DNA of 64,000 nucleotides, from positions 6,964 through 70,963 of the forward strand of contig DAIRGH010000001.1 in NCBI GenBank assembly GCA_036794585.1. Reading direction: 5' to 3'. The DNA comes from Solirubrobacterales bacterium. Lineage in GTDB: Bacteria > Actinomycetota > Thermoleophilia > Solirubrobacterales > 70-9. Shown one piece after another: positions 42,425 through 52,059 of the stretch. The notes beneath the pieces were generated by a model, which saw nothing but the letters and a program-made list of their open reading frames with translations, was not told the origin of the DNA and ran no database searches. Position 1 is the stretch's first letter; every line of letters begins with the position of its first letter. The position numbers and the translations under genes were made by a program.

Positions 42425-43525
42425 TTGATCGAGAAGGGATGCTTGTTGACCCTGAGCGGTAACGGTCGGAAAGCATTCGACGATGCGAGGCCGAGACTCG
42501 GCGTCGTCGGATTGGGATACTGGGGGCCGAATCTGCTGCGAGCGCTGATCGACGCAGCTGAAGCGCGAGTCACATGGCTTTGCGACCTCGACAGCGAACG
42601 CCTCGCTCGGTTTGCCAAGCGGTACCCTGCGATCGAACCGACCCAGTCGATCGACGCTCTACTTGAGGATCCGGATCTCGACGGCATCTTGATCGCGACC
42701 CCCGTGGTTTCGCATTTCGAGCTCGCGTCACGCAGTCTGCGGGCCGGGAAGCACACGTTTGTCGAGAAGCCGCTCACCACCTCGAGCGCCGAGGCCGTGC
42801 AGCTCCTCGAGATTGCGGAGGCGTCCGGCTTGGCGCTGATGTGCGGCCACACATTCCTCTACAGCCCGCCGGTCCAGCTCGTGAAGGAAATCCTCGACAG
42901 TGGTGATCTCGGAGACCTGTATTACATCTCGTCCAGTCGGGTTAATCTGGGCCCCTACCGGTCCGATGTGAGTGTCCTTTCAGACCTCGGTCCACACGAC
43001 TTTTCGATCCTCCGCTACTGGCTCGAGGAGATGCCGGAGTGGATCTCAGCGACGGGCCGTGATGCCATCGTGGATGGCAACCCGGACGTGGCCTTCGTCA
43101 CGCTGAAATTCCCAAGCGAGGTCGTCGCCCACCTCGAGATGAGCTGGCTCGCGCCGAGCAAGCTGCGCCGGACGGTCCTTGTCGGCAGCAAGAAGATGGT
43201 CGTGTACGAAGACGGGACACCCGAGGCGGTGAGGATTTTCGACCGCGGAATCACCTTCAAGGATCCCGAGACCTTCGGTGAGTTCCAGCTCTCCTACCGC
43301 ACAGGTGACGTCGTTTCGCCCAAGCTGGAAGCCACGGAGCCCATCGTCACACAGCTTGCCGACTTTGTCGATGCGGTGCGTACGGGTAGGCCGAAGCCCG
43401 GCCACGCCCAACTGTGCGCTGACGTCGTGCGTTTGCTCGAGTCCTCTGACGTGTCGCTCCGGACTGGCGGCTTCCCGGTTTCGCTCGACGGCGAGCGCAT
43501 CGAGGACGCGCCAGCGTTGGCGTGA
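42425..43525 (+). CDS. Gfo/Idh/MocA family oxidoreductase (WbpB-like sugar 3-dehydrogenase candidate)
   Basis: RLGVVGLGYWGPNLLRAL Rossmann motif, FVEKPLTTS and MCGHTFLYSPP. The start is uncertain (TTG at 42425 or TTG at 42446). Confidence 0.85.
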   Translation: MIEKGCLLTLSGNGRKAFDDARPRLGVVGLGYWGPNLLRALIDAAEARVTWLCDLDSERLARFAKRYPAIEPTQSIDALLEDPDLDGILIATPVVSHFELASRSLRAGKHTFVEKPLTTSSAEAVQLLEIAEASGLALMCGHTFLYSPPVQLVKEILDSGDLGDLYYISSSRVNLGPYRSDVSVLSDLGPHDFSILRYWLEEMPEWISATGRDAIVDGNPDVAFVTLKFPSEVVAHLEMSWLAPSKLRRTVLVGSKKMVVYEDGTPEAVRIFDRGITFKDPETFGEFQLSYRTGDVVSPKLEATEPIVTQLADFVDAVRTGRPKPGHAQLCADVVRLLESSDVSLRTGGFPVSLDGERIEDAPALA

Positions 43526-45036
43526 GGCTTCGTTCGGGCGCCGGCAGGGCTGAGTCGCTGGCGCTGCCGGCGTCCCCCGAGTCCGCTGTCCCTGAAGCTC
43601 CTGGGGCGATCCTCCCGGGCGACTCGGTCTGGGAGAGCGCGCTCGCTGTTCAACACGGCACGCGCGACTTCGTCCTGCGTCGGGTCCTCGCGGCCGCCGA
43701 CGTACTCGGAGTCGCCGCGGCCATGGCCCTGGCCTTTGTTCTGTCCTCCGGATCGAGACAGTTCACCGACTGGCTTCTAGTGATCCCGATCCTCTGCGTA
43801 TGGCTTGGCCTCTTTAAGGCTTACGGGCTCTACGACCGCGAGCTGAAGCGGATCAACCACGGCGTGCTCGACGATGTGCCGGGTCTCTCGCATGCGTTGG
43901 TCATCGGGACGCTGCTGACGTGGGTCTATTACCGTTTCGTCGCCGCGGAACAACTCGTGATGCTCGAGGTGGCCGTCTTTGTTGTCACGGCGTTTGTGGT
44001 CGTCCTCATTCTTCGCTCCGCGGGGAGGCGGGCAATACGGGGAATCTATGGATCGGAGCGCGTCTTGTTCGTCGGTGACGATCCTCTCACCCCGACCCTG
44101 CTCCGCAAGCTTCGAGTGCACTCCGAGTATGGGTTAGAGCCGATCGGCATCGTTTCTCGTAACGATTACGAACCTGTCCCTGACTCGGTTCGGATTCTCG
44201 GATGTCTCGACGATCTCGACCTCGAAGAGACGATCAAGCATCACCGGATCGAGCGGGTAATTGTCTCCCATCGGGGTTTCGACGAAGAGCTGATGCCCGA
44301 GCTGCTTCGATCCTGTGGCCGGCTCTCGGTCAAGGTCAGCATGCTGCCGAGCCATGTCGATGTCATGGGCCCCTCGATCGAGGTCGACAACATCGAGGGT
44401 GTTACCGTGCTGGGACTGAACCCTCTGGTTTTGTCGCGATCGTCGCGTTTCCTTAAGCGCGGAATGGACATCGCGGTCGCGTCCGTCATCCTCCTACTCG
44501 CGACACCACTGATGGGGCTCCTCGCGGCGGCGATAAGGCTCGAATCGCGAGGTCCGATCCTGTTCCGCCAAGACCGGATCGGCAGACGCGGTCGGACGTT
44601 CCAGGTGCTCAAGTTCCGGACGATGGTCGAGGCCGCCGAGCTGCTGGTCGACGAGCTCGCTAAGGAGAGCCGAGATCCCAACTGGCTCCAACTCGATCAC
44701 GATCCGCGAGTGACTCGCGTTGGCCGCGTCTTGCGTCTCTGGAGCTTCGACGAGCTGCCTCAGCTATGGAACGTCCTCAAAGGAGAGATGAGCATCGTAG
44801 GACCCCGTCCGTTGCCTGTCTTCGAGGATGAGCGCGTCAAGGGTTGGGCACGCTCGCGGCTTGAGCTGGCGCCCGGCATCACCGGGATGTGGCAGGTCCT
44901 TGGGCGCACGAACATTCCTTTCGTCGAGATGGTCAAGCTCGATTACGTCTACGTGACCAACTGGTCGCTATGGACCGATATCAAGTTGATCCTGAAGACG
45001 CTGCCAATCGTCTTGGGGCGGCGAGGGGCAAACTAG
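43522..45036 (+). CDS. polyprenyl-phosphate glycosyl-1-phosphate transferase (WbaP/large PGT type initiating enzyme)
   Basis: N-terminal TM bundle, a central CoA-binding-like domain, and a C-terminal bacterial sugar transferase domain (KRGMDIAVASVILLLATPLMGLLAAAIRLESRGPILFRQDRIGRRGRTFQVLKFRTM...DELPQLWNVLKGEMSIVGPRP). Confidence 0.9.
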   Translation: MRLRSGAGRAESLALPASPESAVPEAPGAILPGDSVWESALAVQHGTRDFVLRRVLAAADVLGVAAAMALAFVLSSGSRQFTDWLLVIPILCVWLGLFKAYGLYDRELKRINHGVLDDVPGLSHALVIGTLLTWVYYRFVAAEQLVMLEVAVFVVTAFVVVLILRSAGRRAIRGIYGSERVLFVGDDPLTPTLLRKLRVHSEYGLEPIGIVSRNDYEPVPDSVRILGCLDDLDLEETIKHHRIERVIVSHRGFDEELMPELLRSCGRLSVKVSMLPSHVDVMGPSIEVDNIEGVTVLGLNPLVLSRSSRFLKRGMDIAVASVILLLATPLMGLLAAAIRLESRGPILFRQDRIGRRGRTFQVLKFRTMVEAAELLVDELAKESRDPNWLQLDHDPRVTRVGRVLRLWSFDELPQLWNVLKGEMSIVGPRPLPVFEDERVKGWARSRLELAPGITGMWQVLGRTNIPFVEMVKLDYVYVTNWSLWTDIKLILKTLPIVLGRRGAN

Positions 45037-45058
45037 TCATCCTTCACAACCGAGCTGA

Positions 45059-45613
45059 CTAGGAGGTATCGGTGATTTCGCTAGGGGACGCGGGTGGGCC
45101 CCTGCCGACGACTCGAGCCGGGTTACCGGCGACCGTCGTGTCCGCCGCCACGTCCGCGGTCACAACTGCCCCTGCCCCCACAAGCGCCCTTTCGCCGATC
45201 CGCACCCCACCGAGTATCACAGCCCCGGAGCCAATCGTCGCCGCATCCTCGACGATGACCTCCAGTTGTTCCCAGTCGTTCCGGACCTGCAGAGAGCCGT
45301 CCGGATTAGTCGCCCGGGGGAACTTGTCGTTGACGAATACGACACCGTGACCGATGAACACTCCATCCTTGATCCGCACTCCAGCACAAATGAACGTATG
45401 ACTTTGGATCTTGCAACGGGCCCCTACCACCGCTCCCGCCTGAATCTCGACGAAGGGACCGATCCGAGAGTGATCTCCCACCGTGCAGCCATAGAGGTTT
45501 GTGAAGCTGTGAACAGTGGTCGCTTCGCCGAAGTGACAGGCGACGATTAGGCGATGAGGTGCTTCGTTGCTCGGCCGATCGCGCATTGCGCAGTGACTGG
45601 AAACTCGACTCAT
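45059..45613 (-). CDS. hexapeptide-repeat (left-handed beta-helix) N-acetyltransferase (WbpD/QdtC-like candidate)
   Basis: Repeated [LIV]-G-x4 hexapeptides are visible (IGPFVEIQAGAVVGARCKIQSHTFICAGVRIKDGVFIGHGVVFVND...IGSGAVILGGVRIGERALVGAGAVV). Confidence 0.85.
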   Translation of the reverse strand: MSRVSSHCAMRDRPSNEAPHRLIVACHFGEATTVHSFTNLYGCTVGDHSRIGPFVEIQAGAVVGARCKIQSHTFICAGVRIKDGVFIGHGVVFVNDKFPRATNPDGSLQVRNDWEQLEVIVEDAATIGSGAVILGGVRIGERALVGAGAVVTADVAADTTVAGNPARVVGRGPPASPSEITDTS

Positions 45614-46016
45614 GCCGCCGAGGCGACATTGTTTCCCGGTTCGGAGACTATCTGGTGTGGAGCGGAGCCCCGAACCTTCCGATCCGTCACGACCTCCGAC
45701 TCATACTCGGTAGCGCCGGCCCGGCGAAAGGCCACGGTATTTGGCCGTGCCCACTCCGCTGACACGCAGTTCGGAGCATCAGGCGACCGGACGTCGCACG
45801 CGCATATCGCAGCTTGTGGAATAGGTCGACAGGCTTTCGACGTCCAGACGCGTACCTTCTTGCAATTGAGCGAGAGCCGGGCTTGCCTCGATCGGATTCT
45901 TCGTCCTGCGGGGTCGGTTCCTGGTCCATCGGATCTCCAACGCCGGCCACTTGCAGCGCCGGAATCTGCTGCAGTGCCTCGACTCCGGATGGCCGCTCGA
46001 GAGGGGCGTTGACCAG

Positions 46017-47066
46017 ATGAAGGTTTGGATCGACCTTGCCAATTCCCCCCACCCCCTGCTCTTCGCGCCGGTAGTGCGCCGGTTAGCTGAGCTCGGCGCA
46101 GAGGTCGAGGTCACCGTCCGCGACCACGCACAGACGGCAGAACTCGCCCTCGCACGTTGGCCGCAGGCACGGGTCGTGGGCGGCCCTAGTCCCGGGGGCA
46201 GGCTCGCGAAGACGCGCACGATGGCGTCAAGGGTCGCTGAGCTCGTACGCTGGGCTCGTGCGGTCCGCCCAGATGTCGCCCTTTCCCACAATTCCTATGG
46301 ACAGCTCCTCGCGGCTCGAGCGCTAGGCATCCCAGGCGTCACGGCGATGGACTTCGAGCATCAGCCCGCCAACCACCTCGCATTTCGTAGTGCTAGGCGA
46401 ATCCTCCTGCCGGAGGCCGTCCCGACCGTGGCGGTGAGCCGTCAAGGGGCTCGACCGGGAAAGGTCGTGCGCTATCCAGGCCTCAAGGAGGAGCTCTATC
46501 TCGGCGACTTCGAGCCGGATCCGGGCGTCCTCAATCGGCTCGGCATCGAGCGCCGGAATGGACTCGCGGTGGTCGTGGCACGAACCTCTCCTGCAGGGGC
46601 CGCCTACCACCGCGGGGAGAACCCACTGCTCGTTGAGACCCTTCGATTCCTCGCCCGCCAAGCTGAGGTCGAGAGTGTCGTACTCGCCCGCCATCCCGCC
46701 CAGCAGCGGGGCGTCGAATCGCTGGGGTTGCCCAACTGCCGGGTCCCGAGACGGGCCGTGGATGCCCGCTCCCTGTTGCTCCAAGCGGATCTTTTCATCG
46801 GGGCTGGTGGGACGATGACTCGCGAGGCCGCCCTCCTCGGAGTGCCGACCTACAGCCTCTTCGCCGGGGCGATCCCGGCGGTCGATCGGTGGCTGGAGGA
46901 TCAGGGAGCGCTGCGCCGTCTGACGACTCCGGCGGATCTTGGTCGCGTGCGCCCGCGATCGACGGTGCTAACCGACCTTGGAGGCCTGCGAGAGCGAGGC
47001 CACACGATCGAAGAGGTTTTTGCTGAGACGACGCTGACGGCAGCCGGCGCGGGGCAGGCATCGTGA
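46017..47066 (+). CDS. DUF354-like protein (GT-B/epimerase-like fold, function unknown)
   Basis: The N-terminus MKVWIDLANSPHPLLFAPVVRRLAELGAEVEVTVRD matches my recollection of the DUF354 start (M-K-I-W-I-D-I-x-x-x-P-H). The start was moved from 45951 to the ATG at 46017. Confidence 0.65.
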   Translation: MKVWIDLANSPHPLLFAPVVRRLAELGAEVEVTVRDHAQTAELALARWPQARVVGGPSPGGRLAKTRTMASRVAELVRWARAVRPDVALSHNSYGQLLAARALGIPGVTAMDFEHQPANHLAFRSARRILLPEAVPTVAVSRQGARPGKVVRYPGLKEELYLGDFEPDPGVLNRLGIERRNGLAVVVARTSPAGAAYHRGENPLLVETLRFLARQAEVESVVLARHPAQQRGVESLGLPNCRVPRRAVDARSLLLQADLFIGAGGTMTREAALLGVPTYSLFAGAIPAVDRWLEDQGALRRLTTPADLGRVRPRSTVLTDLGGLRERGHTIEEVFAETTLTAAGAGQAS

Positions 47067-48211
47067 GCGGTGCCTCCGGACCGGCCAGTCTGACGAGCGT
47101 CCCTTTCGTCGACCTTGAGCGCGAGCACGCCCCCTTGCGCGAGAAACTGAGCGCCGCGATGGAAAACATGCTCGAACGTGGCGATTTCATCCTCGGCGAG
47201 GCGCTCGAGCAATTCGAGCGTCAGTTCTCGGCATACCTCGGGGTCGAGTACTCGATCGGCATCGGCTCAGGGACGGCAGCGCTGACGATCGCCCTGCGTG
47301 CCGCCGGGATAGGTCGTGGGGATGAGGTCCTCGTCCCGGCCCACACATACATCGCCTCAGCTCTTGGCGTCGTCCATTCAGGTGCGACCCCGGTCTTCTG
47401 TGACGTCGGGGCCGAGACCGGGCTTATCGACCTCGGTTCGGCCGAGTCTCAGGTCACGGAGAGGACCGCGGCGGTGTTGGCCGTCCACCTGTACGGCCAA
47501 GCGTGCGACATGGATGCGGTTCAGCTATTTGCCGACCGCCGGGGACTAGCCGTTCTTGAGGACGCGGCGCAGGCTCACGGCGGGGCCTGGGATGGCCGGA
47601 AGTTGGGGTCGTTCGGCCTGGCGTCGGCTTTCAGCTTCTTTCCCAGCAAGAACCTGGGCGCGCTCGGCGATGGAGGCATGGTCTGCACGAACGATCCTGA
47701 GGTCGCCGCGTCCACGAGGTGCTACCGCAACCTCGGACAGCGCGCAAAGGGCGAGCACCTCATCGCTGGATATAACGAGCGGCTCGACACCCTTCAGGCT
47801 GCGTTTCTAAGCGTGAAGCTACGCATGCTGGACGAGTGGAACGACTCGCGTCGTGCAGCCGCCACATGGTATCGGGACCATCTGCCGCCCGGGCTTGGCG
47901 CTCTCGCCGAACGGCCCGGCGCTCGCGACGTCTACCACCTGTTTCCGGTTCGCGTCGCCGGCCGAGATGATGTCGCCAAGAAGCTCGCAAAGGTCGGTGT
48001 GCAGACGGGCATCCATTACCCAGCCGCGGTGCACCACCAACCGCCTTTTTCCGGGCACACCGAGGCGTTTCCGGTTTCGGAGGATTGGGCGAGGGATGAG
48101 CTGTCCCTGCCGATGTTCGCCTACCTGACGGAGTCTGAGGTCCAGCGGACCTGCGACGTGCTGCGGCATGCCTGTGGCCTGTCGGGAGCGGTCGAGGAGC
48201 GCGCGGGATAA
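47063..48211 (+). CDS. DegT/DnrJ/EryC1/StrS family PLP-dependent sugar aminotransferase (WbpE-like candidate)
   Basis: VPFVDLEREHAPL, GIGSGTAALTIALRAAGIG.GDEVLVPAHTYIAS, and the Lys motif FSFFPSKNLGALGDGGMV. Confidence 0.9.
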   Translation: MSGASGPASLTSVPFVDLEREHAPLREKLSAAMENMLERGDFILGEALEQFERQFSAYLGVEYSIGIGSGTAALTIALRAAGIGRGDEVLVPAHTYIASALGVVHSGATPVFCDVGAETGLIDLGSAESQVTERTAAVLAVHLYGQACDMDAVQLFADRRGLAVLEDAAQAHGGAWDGRKLGSFGLASAFSFFPSKNLGALGDGGMVCTNDPEVAASTRCYRNLGQRAKGEHLIAGYNERLDTLQAAFLSVKLRMLDEWNDSRRAAATWYRDHLPPGLGALAERPGARDVYHLFPVRVAGRDDVAKKLAKVGVQTGIHYPAAVHHQPPFSGHTEAFPVSEDWARDELSLPMFAYLTESEVQRTCDVLRHACGLSGAVEERAG

Positions 48212-50421
48212 TGTCGCGCCAGATCGCCCGACGCTTAAAGGACGGCCGCGTAGAGCTCGTCGACGTTCCTGAGCCCTCTGCGGGGTCGAGCAGCGTCGCC
48301 GTCCGAGTTTCAGCAAGCGTGCTCAGCTCAGGTACGGAGCGCGCGACGTTGGAGACCGCACGCAAGAGCCTTGTACAAAAGGTCCGTGCACGACCGGACC
48401 AGGTGAAACAGGTGATCGATAAGGCCCGGGATATCGGCGTCCGCGACACCATGGCATTCGTTCGACAGCGGCTCGAGGAGCTCGGGCCGCTTGGCTACAG
48501 CGCAGCCGGCGAGGTAGTAGAGGTCGGGTCGACGGTGCGCGGCGTCACCGTCGGAGATCGCGTCGCCATCGGGGGCGGTGGAATGGCCAACCACGCCGAG
48601 CTCGACATCGTCAGTTCGCTGCTTACCGCCCCGGTCCCCGACGAGGTGACTCTCGAGCAGGCCGCGTTTGCCACCTTGGGCGCAATTGCGATCAATGGCT
48701 TTCGCCGATCCGAGGTCCAGGTCGGTTCCCGCGTGGCGGTGATCGGTCTCGGCTTGATCGGTCAGCTCGCATCCCGAGTCGCCCGCGCCGCAGGTTGCCG
48801 GGTACTTGGGGTAGACCTGAGGGACGATCTGCTCGACCTGGCCCGGATGGCTGGCGTGGAGGCGGTTCTGAGATCTGACGTTACATCCGCAGGGTGGGCG
48901 GGGACTGCGGATGCGGTCTTGGTCTGCGCCGCGACCACTTCGACAGACCCGGTGACCCTCGCGGCGGAGCTCGCCAGGGATAGGGCACCGGTGGTGGTCA
49001 TCGGGGACGTGAAGATGAACGTCCCGCGAACCCCGTTTTACGAGAAGGAGCTGGACCTCCGGTTGTCCCGCTCCTACGGCCCCGGCCGATACGACGCCAG
49101 CTACGAGGTCCACGGGCTCGATTATCCGATCGGGTACGTCCGCTGGACAGAGCAACGAAACATGGTTGCCTTCCTCGATCTCGTCGCCGACGGCAAGCTC
49201 GACCCCTTGGAGCTCGTCAGCCATCGGGTCCCGTTCTCACAGGCTGAGGATGCGTTTTCGCTCCTCAGCTCGGACGAGCCCGTGGTCGCGATCGTTCTCG
49301 GATACGGCGAGCAGGTCGATGTGTCGGAGCCCGAGGAAGTGATTTCCGCGTCCGGTGGCGGCGATCGCCGGTCGGCGTCGTTTCGCGAGGCCCGGCGCGC
49401 CCCCAAACGTGTGATGAGAGCAAAACCCCGGCTTGGCCTAATTGGGGCCGGCGGATTTGCGACCGCGACAATCATCCCCGGATTGATGAAGGCAGGCTTC
49501 GAACTCGGGGCCGTTGCCTCCCAGTCAGGGCTCTCAGCCGAGGGCGCGCGGAGACGATTCGGGTTCGAGGCCGTGAGCGCGGATGCCGCAGAGCTCCTGG
49601 CCCGCGACGACTTGGACCTGGTGGTTGTTGCAACTCGACACGATTCCCACGCCCGGCTCGCCACGCAGGCGCTCGAAGCCGGGGTGGCGGTCTACGTCGA
49701 GAAACCACTCGCTCTCAGTTTTGACGAATTGACGCAAGTGCGCGCCGCCCAGATGTCGAGTGGAGCGCCGCTTCTCGTTGGGTTCAACCGGCGTTACGCG
49801 CCGCTGGCGGCCGAACTGCGTGCCCTTCGCAGCCCGAGGCTGATGGTGTACCGCGTCAACGCCGGCCGCCTCGATCCTGTCCATTGGACCAACGACCTGG
49901 CTCGCGGGGGCGGTCGCCTCAAGGGTGAGGGCTGCCACTTCGTCGATTTCCTGTGCGATCAAGCCGCCGGCGATCCAGTCTCGGTGCTTACCCACGGCTT
50001 CACCTCCTCACCCGTGCTTCCGCTCGCCGCGACCGACAATTTCAGTCTCCAGATCACCTTTGCCGACGGCAGTGTGGGTACGCTCCACTATGCGGCCGAC
50101 GCGCCGACTGGTCCCGGTAAGGAACGCTTCGAAAGTTCTGCTCCTGGTGCATATGCGGTACTTGAGGATTTTCGCAAGGCGACGATATGGTCACCCTCGA
50201 AGCGATCTATCGGTCGCGGGCGACAGGACAAAGGTTGGGCCGCGCAGTATTCGGTGCTCGCCGAGGTTGTTCGCGGAACCCGTCCGCCGCCCTCAATCGA
50301 TAGTTACGTTGTGTCGACTTTGACGACGCTGGCGGCGGCGCGGAGCCTTGAGACAGGGCATCCAGAGCTGGTGTTTGAGCGGCTGGAGGGTGTGCGTCCC
50401 TCAGAGGCGGCCCAACCATGA
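48211..50421 (+). CDS. bi-domain oxidoreductase (MDR/zinc-alcohol-dehydrogenase-like N-half + Gfo/Idh/MocA C-half)
   Basis: N-half: VSASVLSSGTERA and VAVIGLGLIGQLASRVA. C-half: RLGLIGAGGFATATIIPGL and VYVEKPLALS. TAATG coupling links it to the upstream aminotransferase gene. Confidence 0.85.
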   Translation: MSRQIARRLKDGRVELVDVPEPSAGSSSVAVRVSASVLSSGTERATLETARKSLVQKVRARPDQVKQVIDKARDIGVRDTMAFVRQRLEELGPLGYSAAGEVVEVGSTVRGVTVGDRVAIGGGGMANHAELDIVSSLLTAPVPDEVTLEQAAFATLGAIAINGFRRSEVQVGSRVAVIGLGLIGQLASRVARAAGCRVLGVDLRDDLLDLARMAGVEAVLRSDVTSAGWAGTADAVLVCAATTSTDPVTLAAELARDRAPVVVIGDVKMNVPRTPFYEKELDLRLSRSYGPGRYDASYEVHGLDYPIGYVRWTEQRNMVAFLDLVADGKLDPLELVSHRVPFSQAEDAFSLLSSDEPVVAIVLGYGEQVDVSEPEEVISASGGGDRRSASFREARRAPKRVMRAKPRLGLIGAGGFATATIIPGLMKAGFELGAVASQSGLSAEGARRRFGFEAVSADAAELLARDDLDLVVVATRHDSHARLATQALEAGVAVYVEKPLALSFDELTQVRAAQMSSGAPLLVGFNRRYAPLAAELRALRSPRLMVYRVNAGRLDPVHWTNDLARGGGRLKGEGCHFVDFLCDQAAGDPVSVLTHGFTSSPVLPLAATDNFSLQITFADGSVGTLHYAADAPTGPGKERFESSAPGAYAVLEDFRKATIWSPSKRSIGRGRQDKGWAAQYSVLAEVVRGTRPPPSIDSYVVSTLTTLAAARSLETGHPELVFERLEGVRPSEAAQP

Positions 50422-50483
50422 GCCGGCATGATCTCAGCTTCGCTGATGCTTATGACGAGCACATTTGGGATGTGTACGGGTTC
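50390..50483. repeat. left copy of the junction-duplicating direct repeat
   Basis: The 85-bp core at 50399-50483 matches 54044-54128 with one mismatch. The match extends to 50390/54035 with two further mismatches. Confidence 0.9.
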
Positions 50484-50582
50484 CTTAGGGTTGGGCGGTA
50501 CTTGCCCTTCTCACGGACAGGCGATGACGACTGTACTCGTCATTTGGAGGGCTGTCATCGCGACCTCCCTCCATTCGTCTGA
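50418..50582 (+). pseudogene. truncated 5' stub of an ECF sigma factor gene (54 codons)
   Basis: The first 22 codons (MSRHDLSFADAYDEHIWDVYGF) match the start of the intact sigma gene at 54063 (MSGHDLSFADAYDEHIWDVYGF). The sequence then diverges and stops at 50580-50582. It keeps the ATGA overlap with the upstream gene. Confidence 0.7.
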
Positions 50583-50796
50583 TTGCATTGGCGCCCTAGC
50601 ATGCTACACAGAGCTAGTCCGGAGACCTGTTGTTTCGGCGGCCGTCATAAACCCGTGGTGTTAGTGACGCGGATTCAGCGAAGTGAAGAGAATCTAGCGG
50701 CCATGTAGCGGCCATGCCACCAACAGGTGGCACCGTCCGAACAGAAACCGTCGACAAGATTGACGGCAAAGAGAGCACACACCAACCAAGGAAACA

Positions 50797-52059
50797 GTGG
50801 ACACGACACCAGCATGCACGCTTCCGGCGGCGAATAGTGCCGGAGCGGTGTCGGTTGACGACGCCGAGCGCGCTGAGCTCGTGCGTGGATTGGCCGCGAT
50901 CGAGGCATGGGGGCATGAGCGCCAATGGGTGGGGCCTGATCCGTACGAAGGGCTAAACGCCACCCGCTTCGTCGGGCCTCTCAAGCAGACTCGTCTCGGC
51001 CGACAGCTGCTCGTCCAAGCCGTGAAGCGTTCGCCGCTCGATCTGAGACCGCTGCTCGGTGTACCACCGGGACTGAACGCCGCGGCGCTGGCGTGGGTTA
51101 CGTCGAGCTACGCTCTGGACGGATTCTTACCCGAAGACCTGCGCATGGCACGTCTCGAAGAGTGTATCCAGAGGCTCCAGCGCCTTAGGCTCAATCGCTT
51201 CGAGGAGGCTTGCTGGAGCTATCACTGGGATCTCCAGACGCGGGTCTTCTTTTATCCAAAGACGGATCCGAATACCATCGCCACCTCGTTCGCGGCAATG
51301 GCCTTCCTCGATGCCTATGAGCGTACGGGAGAGCCGCACCTTCTCGAAGTGGCCATGAGCTCCGGTGACTTTTTTCTCCGCCGCGTCCCGCAGACGAAGG
51401 CCGAAGGGGGTGCGTATTTCGGGTATCTAGTCGGCGACCGCAGTCCTATTCACAACGCGAATTTACTCGCCTGTGCGGTGCTTGCCCGCCTCGCACGCCA
51501 CGGCGGGCCGCCTCGCCTTAAGGCTGCCGCTCGGGCCGGGGTAGGTTTCGCCCTGGCGCACCAGCGGCCTGACGGCTCGTGGCCGTACGGGGAGAAGCCG
51601 GACCTGAAATGGGTAGATAACTTTCATACCGGATATGTGCTGGACAGCCTGATGATCTGCCACGAGGCCGGAATTGACGACCGGATACCGTCGGCCCTTG
51701 AGCGGGCTCTCGATCATTACCGACGGAAGCTTTTCCTCTCGGATGGGACCCCAAAGTACTTCGCGGACTCCGTATACCCGATCGATGCTCAGTCGATCGC
51801 CCAGGGAATACAGACCTTGGCCCTGGCCTCTACCTACGACCCGGCGAATGCGGACCTGGCGTGGAAGGTATACCGGTACGGTCGCAGACGCATGCGAAGG
51901 GCCGACGGCACGTATTTCTTCCAGCGTCGTAGGTTTTGGAAAAATCCGACTACTCACGTTAGGTGGGTCATGGCCCCCATGATGCTAGGCCTAACGCACC
52001 TGCTTCGGACAACCAAGCCCGGCGCCACGCATGCCAACCGGCCGGCGGGTGACCCCTAA
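50797..52059 (+). CDS. alpha/alpha-toroid-like protein with a prenyltransferase/squalene-oxidase-type (QW-like) repeat, copy 1
   Basis: GTG start with AAGGA 5 nt upstream. QW-like segment AGVGFALAHQRPDGSWPYGE. The helical-repeat pattern includes AAMAFLDAYERTGEPHLLEVA and NANLLACAVLARLA. Confidence 0.6.
   Translation: MDTTPACTLPAANSAGAVSVDDAERAELVRGLAAIEAWGHERQWVGPDPYEGLNATRFVGPLKQTRLGRQLLVQAVKRSPLDLRPLLGVPPGLNAAALAWVTSSYALDGFLPEDLRMARLEECIQRLQRLRLNRFEEACWSYHWDLQTRVFFYPKTDPNTIATSFAAMAFLDAYERTGEPHLLEVAMSSGDFFLRRVPQTKAEGGAYFGYLVGDRSPIHNANLLACAVLARLARHGGPPRLKAAARAGVGFALAHQRPDGSWPYGEKPDLKWVDNFHTGYVLDSLMICHEAGIDDRIPSALERALDHYRRKLFLSDGTPKYFADSVYPIDAQSIAQGIQTLALASTYDPANADLAWKVYRYGRRRMRRADGTYFFQRRRFWKNPTTHVRWVMAPMMLGLTHLLRTTKPGATHANRPAGDP

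Noticed and set aside
45614-46016. A 400-bp gap between the divergent acetyltransferase and DUF354-like genes, including track ORFs 45554-46012(+) and 45687-46052(-)
   Set aside because: The translations lack motifs and have shadow-like composition. It is most likely a divergent promoter region, but I could not identify convincing -35/-10 elements.
50685-50720. The short direct repeat agcggccatgtagcggccatg in the spacer after the sigma stub
   Set aside because: It is only ~10 bp x2 in non-coding sequence. That is too short to distinguish from chance or to assign a function.
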